Source of the DNA: Octopus sinensis
Lineage: Eukaryota
NCBI RefSeq assembly: GCF_006345805.1
Contig: NC_043001.1
Span: 62,248,001-62,312,000, forward strand
Direction of reading: 5' to 3'
Length of the DNA stretch: 64,000 nucleotides
Position 1 is the first letter of the stretch, and each line of letters opens with the position of its first letter. The notes beneath the pieces were generated by a model. That model was not told where the DNA came from. It searched no databases and worked only from the letters and a program-made list of their open reading frames with translations. Both the position numbers and the translations under genes were made by a program. Shown here piece after piece: positions 39,059 to 50,094 of the stretch.

Positions 39059-39451
39059 GATATTAGAATACTACTAGTAAACTGTGAAACATAATCACCT
39101 TGCAATTGATGCATATTCTCAACTTAATCATAAGCTTACCTTTTGTTTCCAGTGCCACTAAAATGAATACTTTTTGGTAAAGTAAAAAAAAAAAGAAGAA
39201 AAGAAAAAGGGATTTAGTCAAAAAGTACTGTAGTGTTTATACAGTTCTGATCTTTCAAAGTATCATGAACAATTGCAATGGTGCAGAGCAATGATTTACT
39301 GCAAATAAAATTTCCTTCCTTGAATCTTAGAAAGTCCTCTATCTTTGCAGAAATACTTCCAATGCGATTGTATGTGGAACTTCAAAACCGCCTCCTAGCA
39401 ACAACTGAAAATTTCTGATCCTGTCTTATGCCTAAACTTCACCTTTTGTAG

Positions 39452-40097
39452 ACGTCGACGATGCCTGGCTGCGAATACAGAGAGAGAAGAACGCTCTAGC
39501 AGTGAAGCCATAAACGAACCCTTAGCATCATTCCAGTACCTGAAAGAAAATTTTGGTGAAGGAGACAATGAAACACTGAATGGTCGGTCAAAGAACAGTG
39601 AAAATAATCTTCTTGACGATTCAAAGACTGGTTCCAATTCAAAGCACATAAAAAAGAAAAGTTCTTTAATTTCATCAGGAAATGAGTCTGGTAAGACAAT
39701 GGACTCTGCAACTAGCAAGGACAATGTTTTTCAGTTTTCTAAAACTGGTGACGAATTTCCAGAAAGTGACTATTCAACTCAGGAAAAGAATAAATATCCT
39801 GACATGGGCACCATGAAAATTGGTGATAATACTTTCACTGGCCGGAAGAATTCTGATGCCGACATTTTAACAAGAAAGGACAGCCAGGAAAGCAAAGGTG
39901 ACGATGACGTATTTCGTGACCTTCAGCATTTTTATGTCAATGGAGATGACTACGCTCTTGTAAAAAAGGATACCCGCACATCTAAGAGTGGTTTTCTAAG
40001 TGACAATACTACTTTGGTTCCAAAAAGTAATAGTAGTGGCAGCATGCATGACTCAGATGTTTTAGAATGGACGAAAGGATTCAATTTGGCCGTGTAA
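39452..40097 (+). CDS. Host gene terminal exon, about 215-aa cytoplasmic tail (phase-2 start)
   Basis: Acceptor ttcaccttttgtag. The frame continues from the TM exon (R-RRRCLAANTERE...) into ORF 39699-40097, ending GFNLAV*. AATAAA at 40241. Confidence 0.82.
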
Positions 40098-40894
40098 CAG
40101 GATTTAAAAAATATGTTTAATTGAAACCAGTTTAGGCCTAAGGAATTGATCCATATAATTGACTTTAGATTATCTGTTATCTCAGTCTCGTTCAAGTAGC
40201 AGATATATCTAAACTGTAGATTTTAAGATAACATATATATAATAAATCAAACATTCATGCTATAATTCTTAGTGTAATAAAAACACCTGATTTCTTCAAA
40301 TTAACTCCAATTATTAAAATCATTAACCTGAAAATTTATATTAATCAACTTTTTATTCGTTTTTTAAAGAATTGTTTCATTTCAAAACTACTGCTCTCTT
40401 CAAATATATATATGCCAACTAGAACCTTTTGAACATTCTCTAAAACTATTTGATGCAATGTCTGTCCTGGTACTGATTTACTCCACATACAAATTTTTTA
40501 CTTCTAATTATTGATTGTTGTCTCTGCAAAATGCTCATCGTCTGATATTTATCAAATCTGAATTAATTAGGCATTCACAGTATTAGCTATTTATTCTTCA
40601 ACAATTAAACATTTTTCTAGAGAGGTTAAGCGTTAATGCTCTTTATATTTCATTCCTTTTTTACTAAAAACACCATTACGATTTGCTTAGTAAGTTTCTT
40701 TACAAACAACGTAAAATATTTCAATCTGTTTACAACCAACACAGAAAACTTAATAAAATTTATCTTAACAAATACCGTTGGTTATTCTTCTATATGTTTA
40801 TTTCTTTTGTTTTGTTTTGATACATTTTCTTATTTAAAGAAGAGAGAAGAAACGCTGTTACATTTGTATCTTTTTCAAAGGAATTATGAGTTAC

Positions 40895-41196
40895 AGTAAA
40901 AAAAAAAGAAAAGAAAAAGGGATTTAGTCAAACGTTACTGAAGGGTTTATACAGTTCCGATCTTTCAAAGTATCATGAACTTATTGCAATGGTGCAGAGC
41001 AATGATTTACTGCAAATAAAATTTCCTTCTTTGAATCTTAGAAAGTCTTCTATCTTTGCAGAAACACTTCCAATGCGATTGTGTGTGGAACTTCAAAATC
41101 GCCGCCTAGCAACAACTGAAAATTTCTGATCCTGTCTTATACCTAAACTTCACCTTTTGTAGACGTCGACGATGCCTGGCTGCGAATACAGAGAGA
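40895..41196 (+). repeat. Direct duplication of 39181-39485 (intron end, acceptor and first 34 nt of the terminal exon)
   Basis: Near-identical 300-bp sequence. Confidence 0.92.
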
Positions 41197-41340
41197 TCAT
41201 AGTATCTAAACACATTGAGAATTTGGGGGGAGTTATAGAACTTGTTGCACAATTGGATCTATTTCTAGTGGGTCACTTGAAAACATTTAGCAATCACAGA
41301 AGTGGTAAACATTGTCAGTTTCTCTATCAGCAACCTGAAT
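41197..41340 (+). mobile_element. hAT transposase fragment, similar to 51684-51790
   Basis: NLGGVIELVAQLDLFLVGHL resembles the hAT/DUF4371 motif GNFLGLIELLAxxDxxLxxHL; nucleotide match to about 51690. Confidence 0.7.
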
Positions 41341-41416
41341 CAAAGTTGTTACCTTACGTTTAGGAATTATTTTTTCACTTAGTAATGACAGAAATTTCAG
41401 AAAAAAAGTATGAAGT

Positions 41417-41800
41417 TACAAGGTGTGTTCAAAAAGTATCGTAAATTTTCTATGAAACTCCACTTAACTGAATGCAGTGCGCAGTTGGGCTTCGGATCCC
41501 ATACATGGCTGGCCAACTTAGAGGCTTTATTTTCGTCGATATGCAGAGAAGACTGATGGTTCGCATATCATCTTTTGAAATTGCTTTAGTATAAACGGAC
41601 GTGAATTTTCTTTTCGGTTACCTTATTTTGGAGCACCGCTTCAGCTTTACAAACGACTGAGTTTATCAAACAGTCCTGATCAAGTGGGTAAACTTCATAC
41701 AGCTGCTTCCCCAATATGAAGGACATTTTCACTCGTAAGCCACTCAAAGTCGCCACTCCTAGATGTAACTGACGAGACCATGAAGCGGAGGAGTGAATAT
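41417..41800. mobile_element. Possible mariner-type element remnant
   Basis: TACAAGGTGTGTTCAAAAAGTATCG resembles mariner TIRs; the other end was not found. Confidence 0.4.
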
Positions 41801-42015
41801 GAGGTGAATTGTTGGTGTAACAATGATGTTTTGGTGATCTAATGAAATAGCTTTCTTTATTTGCATTAATTTATATATTAATGCAGATGTTTGCATAATT
41901 TCTTCCATACTTAAATTCATACTGCAAGAAAATGGTTGCGAAGCAGCCGTAAACCTAAAGAAGTCATGAGGTTAAATAAATATTTATTCACCAATCACCT
42001 CTCATATCTCATCCT

Positions 42016-42095
<80 letters not shown>

Positions 42096-42669
42096 GGACG
42101 CACACACACATTCGTACACATATACACAAACGTACTCATCCTGTATAAATCTATATAAACCAATAGTTTTATAAATATACACAGTAAGACCTCATAAACA
42201 TATTAAAGTGAGTCAGAAAGTAATGTAATTTCCTACAAATATATGTACGTGAAAAATAAGGCAATGGAATTAATGCAAGAAAGAGAGAAAAATAGAAAAA
42301 GTAACTCATAAATAAATATTTTCACCTATAAAAATAGGATCACGCTTGGTCGTACCGTATAAGACACAGTCGCACGCGATCCCATCATTAATAATTTATT
42401 TACTGACTACATAATACATGCAGCGGCAATACACATAAGTTTGGAATGACAACAAGATTTCTTTTTAAGATATATACATTATTTATTTTGGATCTTTTCA
42501 ATTCTGAAGCCAGGACCACAGATCTTTCTACTTAACTAAATATTCTGAAACTTCGTATGCTGATAGAGTCTAGCAAAACAAGACACAGGTTGGAACTAGT
42601 TTATTTGAGAAAAATCTATTTTATGACTTTAATCGTAGATTAAAACTGCGAATTTTAACCAATCAGATT

Positions 42670-43111
42670 GGTGAAGGTGAACCCAAAGCTGTATGGTGAC
42701 GACGTGAAAGGCGTCATTATAGACAAAGAGACATATATAAAACTAAAAAAGATGTTTAATGCCATACACATAACGCATTATGTGCGGTATGATAAATTGC
42801 CAGATGTTATAGAGCAAACGGAGCTGTTGGATTATATGACGGACGAGCGTCTAATGTAAAAGAATTGTAAAATTTAAAGTTGTATTTTGATTATACGTAA
42901 TGTTGACATGTAGAATTGTAAAATTATTGTAACTGCAAAATTGTATGTATAATTGTATTTTAAACGGAACTGCGAGTTGGGGGTTCGTAAGCCGTTCCAT
43001 CTCATTACATCTAATTCATTTTTTACTTCATACTTTATTTTTATTTTATGTTCCCCATGTCCCGTCTTGTAATGTCCCCCTCTTCGTAGCCCCTTGTGGG
43101 TAATAAAGAAA
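42670..43111 (+). mobile_element. 5'-truncated, slightly diverged copy of the ORF1-only element (last about 62 codons plus complete 3'UTR)
   Basis: Matches the array unit 3' end; amino-acid differences NAIH/NAMH and EQTEL/EHTDL; ends TAGCCCCTTGTGGGTAATAAAGAAA. Confidence 0.93.
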
Positions 43112-43703
43112 TACGTCTTAGGCTTTTAGTTCTTTTAAGAGCTAAGTCTCTGAACACACAGAGCATACTCGACCAAGTTCCAGTTCGAAAGGCAGGCGAC
43201 CACCATTAATACAAGATGTTACAGATACCTCTTATACTGTTAGTGTGAATTATCACCATGAAGAACGGTTACAGGATATCTATAACTAGAGAAAAATAAC
43301 CAAGCAGAACATATGATGAAGACGCAGCGAAAACCAAGCGCCAAACATCGAAGATTGATTTGTACACAGACGACTACAGATTCAGCTATAGCGGTTAGGT
43401 GAAATTCTCGCCACGGAAAAAACGGCTACAGTAACATATCTGGAAGTATGTTCATATCAAGAGAAAGATAAACACAACGAGTGATTCAACGAGTGATTCC
43501 TGCGATACGCAATATCTTGATATGGAACTCTTACGCTGTACCTCATAAACGGTAAATCAATTATCTGTTCTTGGGTTCTAGTTTCTTCTAAGAACTACCT
43601 TAAGCCATCTGTTATTACCTGTTGCTAGGCCGATACCAACAACATGAACTGTGAATCAAATTCCATCGTCATTTCACTGGTCAGTACCTTTTTACGCCTA
43701 ACG

Positions 43704-44971
43704 AACATCTGGTAATTTATCATACCGCACATAATGCGTTATGTGCATGGCATTAAACATCTTTTTCAATTTTATATATGTCTCTTTGTCTATAATGACG
43801 CCTTTCACGTCGTCACCATACAGCTTTGGGTTCACCTTCACCCTGACCAACCCTTTCTTACCTACTAGTCTCTTCTCCACTTCTGTATTCTTGATATACA
43901 TTACAACTGCCTTCAAGTTTTTTCCTGTCGGCCTTCTTCCATATCTGCACGATTCCAATTGCTCGTTCACTCTTTTCTCCCATTCTTTTTCAAACTCTGT
44001 CCTTGGCCGCTCTCTCACTTCTCTTTTACTTCCTGTTCTTTGTCTTCTCTCTCTTCTGCTATCTTGCTTTTAATTTTCTTCTTTTTTTGATCTTTCGGTG
44101 GTGATTCCACCCTTGATCTTTTCCTGTCTTCCGTCTTTTCCTCTTCTGCACTCTCTCGTTCTTCCTCACTTAACCGCTCCTCCATTCGTACTTCCTCCGC
44201 TTTCGCCTCCTCCACACACGCGTCCTCCATCACAACCTCCGGTGCTTTAGTTTTTTCTCGCGGGCACACATCCTTCATGTGGCCCCTTGATTTACAATTG
44301 TAGCAAATTGGGGGTCTTCCCTCTACCACAACTCGGAGCCGCGTCTCGTCAGGGTAGACCAGCTCCTCTGGGATGTTGTACAGGTCTCGCACGGTAATGT
44401 GTGCGAGAACCTGCACCGTATATCCCCACCATTTCACCTCCGCTGACTTCTCCACCTTCAGTACTTCCACATCATCCTTGCAGTTAAACAGCACTGCTGC
44501 CAGCAACCTTTCCATATTAAATTCGGGTGAGATTCTATTGATTCTCATCCTCACTGCTCTCCTTCCGCAGTAACTTGGTAGCAAAGTCCACTTATCCGAT
44601 TTCAAAAGTCTTGTTGCGTTCTTTTTTGCCTCATTTTCTGTTTCAAAATATACCACTACCGTGGCATACTTCCTTCCTCTTTTGAAAAATGTGGGTTCAC
44701 CCTCAATTTCCTTCAGACATTCTTCTACTTCTTTCATTTCCGCTACTTCAATTTTTTTCGACTCCACACACCACGTCCTGTACGTTATAGTACGCTTCTC
44801 TGCACTGCTTTCCTCCTCCTCGGACGGTGTGACTCTTACGCAGTCACCCTCCCTCTTTAAACTGTCGAAATACTTCTGTAGGGTCTTCTGTTCGACCACC
44901 ACCTCCTCCATTTCCAGCTCGCCGGCAACCAGGCCTTTGCCTGCCGCTCGCGCGTAAGTCTGTTCTTGCAT
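43704..44971 (-). pseudogene. ORF1-like gene of unit 1 (1-bp deletion near 44018; 3' end lost)
   Basis: Split into ORFs 44015-44971 and 43698-44018; homology stops at 43704. Confidence 0.88.
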
Positions 44972-45356
44972 TTTCAGGAAAAAAATTATTCCACGTCCTC
45001 CAACGAATTCGAACTCACCACCTCTTCACTTGAAAAAACACACCAGAATAATCACACCTGAATAACTCCAAATAACTCACTCAAAGACTAAAAGCCTGAG
45101 ACGGTTTCTTTATTACCCACTAAGGGGCACGAAGAGGGGGACATTACAAGACGGGACATGGGGAACATAAAATAAAAATAAAGTATGAAGTAAAAAATGA
45201 ATTAGATGTAATGAGATGGAACGGCTTACGAACCCCCAACTCGCAGTTCCGTTTAAAATACAATTATACATACAATTTTACAGTTACAATAATTTTACAA
45301 TTCTACATGTCAACATTACATATATTCAAAATACAACTTTAAATTTTACAATTCTT

Positions 45357-46676
45357 TTACATTAGACGCTCGTCCGTCATATAATCCAACAGGTCTGTAT
45401 GCTCTATAACATCTGGTAATTTATCATACCGCACATAATGCGTTATGTGCATGGCATTAAACATCTTTTTCAATTTTATATATGTCTCTTTGTCTATAAT
45501 GACGCCTTTCACGTCGTCACCATACAGCTTTGGGTTCACCTTCACCCTGACCAACCCTTTCTTACCTACTAGTCTCTTCTCCACTTCTGTATTCTTGATA
45601 TACATTACAACTGCCTTCAAGTTTTTTCCTGTCGGCCTTCTTCCATATCTGCACGATTCCAATTGCTCGTTCACTCTTTTCTCCCATTCTTTTTCAAACT
45701 CTGTCCTTGGCCGCTCTCTCACCTTCTCTTTTACTTCCTGTTCTTTGTCTTCTCTCTCTTCTGCTATCTTGCTTTTAATTTTCTTCTTTTTTTGATCTTT
45801 CGGTGGTGATTCCACCCTTGATCTTTTCCTGTCTTCCGTCTTTTCCTCTTCTGCACTCTCTCGTTCTTCCTCACTTAACCGCTCCTCCATTCGTACTTCC
45901 TCCGCTTTCGCCTCCTCCACACACGCGTCCTCCATCACAACCTCCGGTGCTTTAGTTTTTTCTCGCGGGCACACATCCTTCATGTGGCCCCTTGATTTAC
46001 AATTGTAGCAAATTGGGGGTCTTCCCTCTACCACAACTCGGAGCCGCGTCTCGTCAGGGTAGACCAGCTCCTCTGGGATGTTGTACAGGTCTCGCACGGT
46101 AATGTGTGCGAGAACCTGCACCGTATATCCCCACCATTTCACCTCCGCTGACTTCTCCACCTTCAGTACTTCCACATCATCCTTGCAGTTAAACAGCACT
46201 GCTGCCAGCAACCTTTCCATATTAAATTCGGGTGAGATTCTATTGATTCTCATCCTCACTGCTCTCCTTCCGCAGTAACTTGGTAGCAAAGTCCACTTAT
46301 CCGATTTCAAAAGTCTTGTTGCGTTCTTTTTTGCCTCATTTTCTGTTTCAAAATATACCACTACCGTGGCATACTTCCTTCCTCTTTTGAAAAATGTGGG
46401 TTCACCCTCAATTTCCTTCAGACATTCTTCTACTTCTTTCATTTCCGCTACTTCAATTTTTTTCGACTCCACACACCACGTCCTGTACGTTATAGTACGC
46501 TTCTCTGCACTGCTTTCCTCCTCCTCGGACGGTGTGACTCTTACGCAGTCACCCTCCCTCTTTAAACTGTCGAAATACTTCTGTAGGGTCTTCTGTTCGA
46601 CCACCACCTCCTCCATTTCCAGCTCGCCGGCAACCAGGCCTTTGCCTGCCGCTCGCGCGTAAGTCTGTTCTTGCAT
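45357..46676 (-). CDS. ORF1/Gag-like protein, 439 aa (unit 2)
   Basis: Knuckle CYNCKSRGHMKDVC. Aligns by eye with Tx1-B ORF1: TITY/TIIY, VEECLKEI/VEKCLKNI, TVVVYF/TVVVRF, LRVVVEGRPPICY/LYVVAEGKKPRCY. Confidence 0.9.
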   Translation of the reverse strand: MQEQTYARAAGKGLVAGELEMEEVVVEQKTLQKYFDSLKREGDCVRVTPSEEEESSAEKRTITYRTWCVESKKIEVAEMKEVEECLKEIEGEPTFFKRGRKYATVVVYFETENEAKKNATRLLKSDKWTLLPSYCGRRAVRMRINRISPEFNMERLLAAVLFNCKDDVEVLKVEKSAEVKWWGYTVQVLAHITVRDLYNIPEELVYPDETRLRVVVEGRPPICYNCKSRGHMKDVCPREKTKAPEVVMEDACVEEAKAEEVRMEERLSEEERESAEEEKTEDRKRSRVESPPKDQKKKKIKSKIAEEREDKEQEVKEKVRERPRTEFEKEWEKRVNEQLESCRYGRRPTGKNLKAVVMYIKNTEVEKRLVGKKGLVRVKVNPKLYGDDVKGVIIDKETYIKLKKMFNAMHITHYVRYDKLPDVIEHTDLLDYMTDERLM

Positions 46677-47063
46677 TTTCAGGAAAAAAATTATTCCACG
46701 TCCTCCAACGAATTCGAACTCACCACCTCTTCACTTGAAATAAACACACCAGAATAATCACACCTGAATAACTCCAAATAACTCACTCAAAGACTAAAAG
46801 CCTGAGACGGTTTCTTTATTACCCACTAAGGGGCCACGAAGAGGGGGACATTACAAGACGGGACATGGGGAACATAAAATAAAAATAAAGTATGAAGTAA
46901 AAAATGAATTAGATGTAATGAGATGGAACGGCTTACGAACCCCCAACTCGCAGTTCCGTTTAAAATACAATTATACATACAATTTTACAGTTACAATAAT
47001 TTTACAATTCTACATGTCAACATTACATATATTCAAAATACAACTTTAAATTTTACAATTCTT

Positions 47064-48386
47064 TTACATTAGACGCTCGTCCGTCATATAATCCAACAGG
47101 TCTGTATGCTCTATAACATCTGGTAATTTATCATACCGCACATAATGCGTTATGTGCATGGCATTAAACATCTTTTTCAATTTTATATATGTCTCTTTGT
47201 CTATAATGACGCCTTTCACGTCGTCACCATACAGCTTTGGGTTCACCTTCACCCTGACCAACCCTTTCTTACCTACTAGTCTCTTCTCCACTTCTGTATT
47301 CTTGATATACATTACAACTGCCTTCAAGTTTTTTCCTGTCGGCCTTCTTCCATATCTGCACGATTCCAATTGCTCGTTCACTCTTTTCTCCCATTCTTTT
47401 TCAAACTCTGTCCTTGGCCGCTCTCTCACCTTCTCTTTTACTTCCTGTTCTTTGTCTTCTCTCTCTTCTGCTATCTTGCTTTTAATTTTCTTCTTTTTTT
47501 GATCTTTCGGTGGTGATTCCACCCTTGATCTTTTCCTGTCTTCCGTCTTTTCCTCTTCTGCACTCTCTCGTTCTTCCTCACTTAACCGCTCCTCCATTCG
47601 TACTTCCTCCGCTTTCGCCTCCTCCTCCACACACGCGTCCTCCATCACAACCTCCGGTGCTTTAGTTTTTTCTCGCGGGCACACATCCTTCATGTGGCCC
47701 CTTGATTTACAATTGTAGCAAATTGGGGGTCTTCCCTCTACCACAACTCGGAGCCGCGTCTCGTCAGGGTAGACCAGCTCCTCTGGGATGTTGTACAGGT
47801 CTCGCACGGTAATGTGTGCGAGAACCTGCACCGTATATCCCCACCATTTCACCTCCGCTGACTTCTCCACCTTCAGTACTTCCACATCATCCTTGCAGTT
47901 AAACAGCACTGCTGCCAGCAACCTTTCCATATTAAATTCGGGTGAGATTCTATTGATTCTCATCCTCACTGCTCTCCTTCCGCAGTAACTTGGTAGCAAA
48001 GTCCACTTATCCGATTTCAAAAGTCTTGTTGCGTTCTTTTTTGCCTCATTTTCTGTTTCAAAATATACCACTACCGTGGCATACTTCCTTCCTCTTTTGA
48101 AAAATGTGGGTTCACCCTCAATTTCCTTCAGACATTCTTCTACTTCTTTCATTTCCGCTACTTCAATTTTTTTCGACTCCACACACCACGTCCTGTACGT
48201 TATAGTACGCTTCTCTGCACTGCTTTCCTCCTCCTCGGACGGTGTGACTCTTACGCAGTCACCCTCCCTCTTTAAACTGTCGAAATACTTCTGTAGGGTC
48301 TTCTGTTCGACCACCACCTCCTCCATTTCCAGCTCGCCGGCAACCAGGCCTTTGCCTGCCGCTCGCGCGTAAGTCTGTTCTTGCAT
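47064..48386 (-). CDS. ORF1/Gag-like protein, 440 aa (unit 3; one extra Glu)
   Basis: Same as unit 2, with CVEEEAK. Confidence 0.9.
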   Translation of the reverse strand: MQEQTYARAAGKGLVAGELEMEEVVVEQKTLQKYFDSLKREGDCVRVTPSEEEESSAEKRTITYRTWCVESKKIEVAEMKEVEECLKEIEGEPTFFKRGRKYATVVVYFETENEAKKNATRLLKSDKWTLLPSYCGRRAVRMRINRISPEFNMERLLAAVLFNCKDDVEVLKVEKSAEVKWWGYTVQVLAHITVRDLYNIPEELVYPDETRLRVVVEGRPPICYNCKSRGHMKDVCPREKTKAPEVVMEDACVEEEAKAEEVRMEERLSEEERESAEEEKTEDRKRSRVESPPKDQKKKKIKSKIAEEREDKEQEVKEKVRERPRTEFEKEWEKRVNEQLESCRYGRRPTGKNLKAVVMYIKNTEVEKRLVGKKGLVRVKVNPKLYGDDVKGVIIDKETYIKLKKMFNAMHITHYVRYDKLPDVIEHTDLLDYMTDERLM

Positions 48387-48774
48387 TTTCAGGAAAAAAA
48401 TTATTCCACGTCCTCCAACGAATTCGAACTCACCACCTCTTCACTTGAAATAAACACACCAGAATAATCACACCTGAATAACTCCAAATAACTCACTCAA
48501 AGACTGGAAGCCTGAGACGGTTTCTTTATTACCCACTAAGGGGCCACGAAGAGGGGGACATTACAAGACGGGACATGGGGAACATAAAATAAAAAATAAA
48601 GTATGAAGTAAAAAATGAATTAGATGTAATGAGATGGAACGGCTTACGAACCCCCAACTCGCAGTTCCGTTTAAAATACAATTATACATACAATTTTACA
48701 GTTACAATAATTTTACAATTCTACATGTCAACATTACATATATTCAAAATACAACTTTAAATTTTACAATTCTT

Positions 48775-50094
48775 TTACATTAGACGCTCGTCCGTCATAT
48801 AATCCAACAGGTCTGTATGCTCTATAACATCTGGTAATTTATCATACCGCACATAATGCGTTATGTGCATGGCATTAAACATCTTTTTCAATTTTATATA
48901 TGTCTCTTTGTCTATAATGACGCCTTTCACGTCGTCACCATACAGCTTTGGGTTCACCTTCACCCTGACCAACCCTTTCTTACCTACTAGTCTCTTCTCC
49001 ACTTCTGTATTCTTGATATACATTACAACTGCCTTCAAGTTTTTTCCTGTCGGCCTTCTTCCATATCTGCACGATTCCAATTGCTCGTTCACTCTTTTCT
49101 CCCATTCTTTTTCAAACTCTGTCCTTGGCCGCTCTCTCACCTTCTCTTTTACTTCCTGTTCTTTGTCTTCTCTCTCTTCTGCTATCTTGCTTTTAATTTT
49201 CTTCTTTTTTTGATCTTTCGGTGGTGATTCCACCCTTGATCTTTTCCTGTCTTCCGTCTTTTCCTCTTCTGCACTCTCTCGTTCTTCCTCACTTAACCGC
49301 TCCTCCATTCGTACTTCCTCCGCTTTCGCCTCCTCCACACACGCGTCCTCCATCACAACCTCCGGTGCTTTAGTTTTTTCTCGCGGGCACACATCCTTCA
49401 TGTGGCCCCTTGATTTACAATTGTAGCAAATTGGGGGTCTTCCCTCTACCACAACTCGGAGCCGCGTCTCGTCAGGGTAGACCAGCTCCTCTGGGATGTT
49501 GTACAGGTCTCGCACGGTAATGTGTGCGAGAACCTGCACCGTATATCCCCACCATTTCACCTCCGCTGACTTCTCCACCTTCAGTACTTCCACATCATCC
49601 TTGCAGTTAAACAGCACTGCTGCCAGCAACCTTTCCATATTAAATTCGGGTGAGATTCTATTGATTCTCATCCTCACTGCTCTCCTTCCGCAGTAACTTG
49701 GTAGCAAAGTCCACTTATCCGATTTCAAAAGTCTTGTTGCGTTCTTTTTTGCCTCATTTTCTGTTTCAAAATATACCACTACCGTGGCATATTTCTTTCC
49801 TCTTTTGAAAAATGTGGGTTCACCCTCAATTTCCTTCAGACATTCTTCTACTTCTTTCATTTCCGCTACTTCAATTTTTTTCGACTCCACACACCACGTC
49901 CTGTACGTTATAGTACGCTTCTCTGCACTGCTTTCCTCCTCCTCGGACGGTGTGACTCTTACGCAGTCACCCTCCCTCTTTAAACTGTCGAAATACTTCT
50001 GTAGGGTCTTCTGTTCGACCACCACCTCCTCCATTTCCAGCTCACCGGCAACCAGGCCTCTGCCTGCCGCTCGCGCGTAAGTCTGTTCTTGCAT
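48775..50094 (-). CDS. ORF1/Gag-like protein, 439 aa (unit 4)
   Basis: Same as unit 2, with two conservative K/R changes and two synonymous changes seen. Confidence 0.9.
   Translation of the reverse strand: MQEQTYARAAGRGLVAGELEMEEVVVEQKTLQKYFDSLKREGDCVRVTPSEEEESSAEKRTITYRTWCVESKKIEVAEMKEVEECLKEIEGEPTFFKRGKKYATVVVYFETENEAKKNATRLLKSDKWTLLPSYCGRRAVRMRINRISPEFNMERLLAAVLFNCKDDVEVLKVEKSAEVKWWGYTVQVLAHITVRDLYNIPEELVYPDETRLRVVVEGRPPICYNCKSRGHMKDVCPREKTKAPEVVMEDACVEEAKAEEVRMEERLSEEERESAEEEKTEDRKRSRVESPPKDQKKKKIKSKIAEEREDKEQEVKEKVRERPRTEFEKEWEKRVNEQLESCRYGRRPTGKNLKAVVMYIKNTEVEKRLVGKKGLVRVKVNPKLYGDDVKGVIIDKETYIKLKKMFNAMHITHYVRYDKLPDVIEHTDLLDYMTDERLM

Noticed and set aside
39181-41196. The offset of the acceptor duplication (1711 bp) equals the array period (1706-1710 bp)
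   Set aside because: No shared sequence or mechanism links them; treated as coincidence.
43114-43140. Junction motif CGTCTCAGGCTTTTAG vaguely resembles the U2 snRNA 5' end (CTTCTCGGCCTTTTGG), a known target of Keno/Utopia elements
   Set aside because: Too many mismatches and no downstream U2 sequence after any junction; not supportable without a search.
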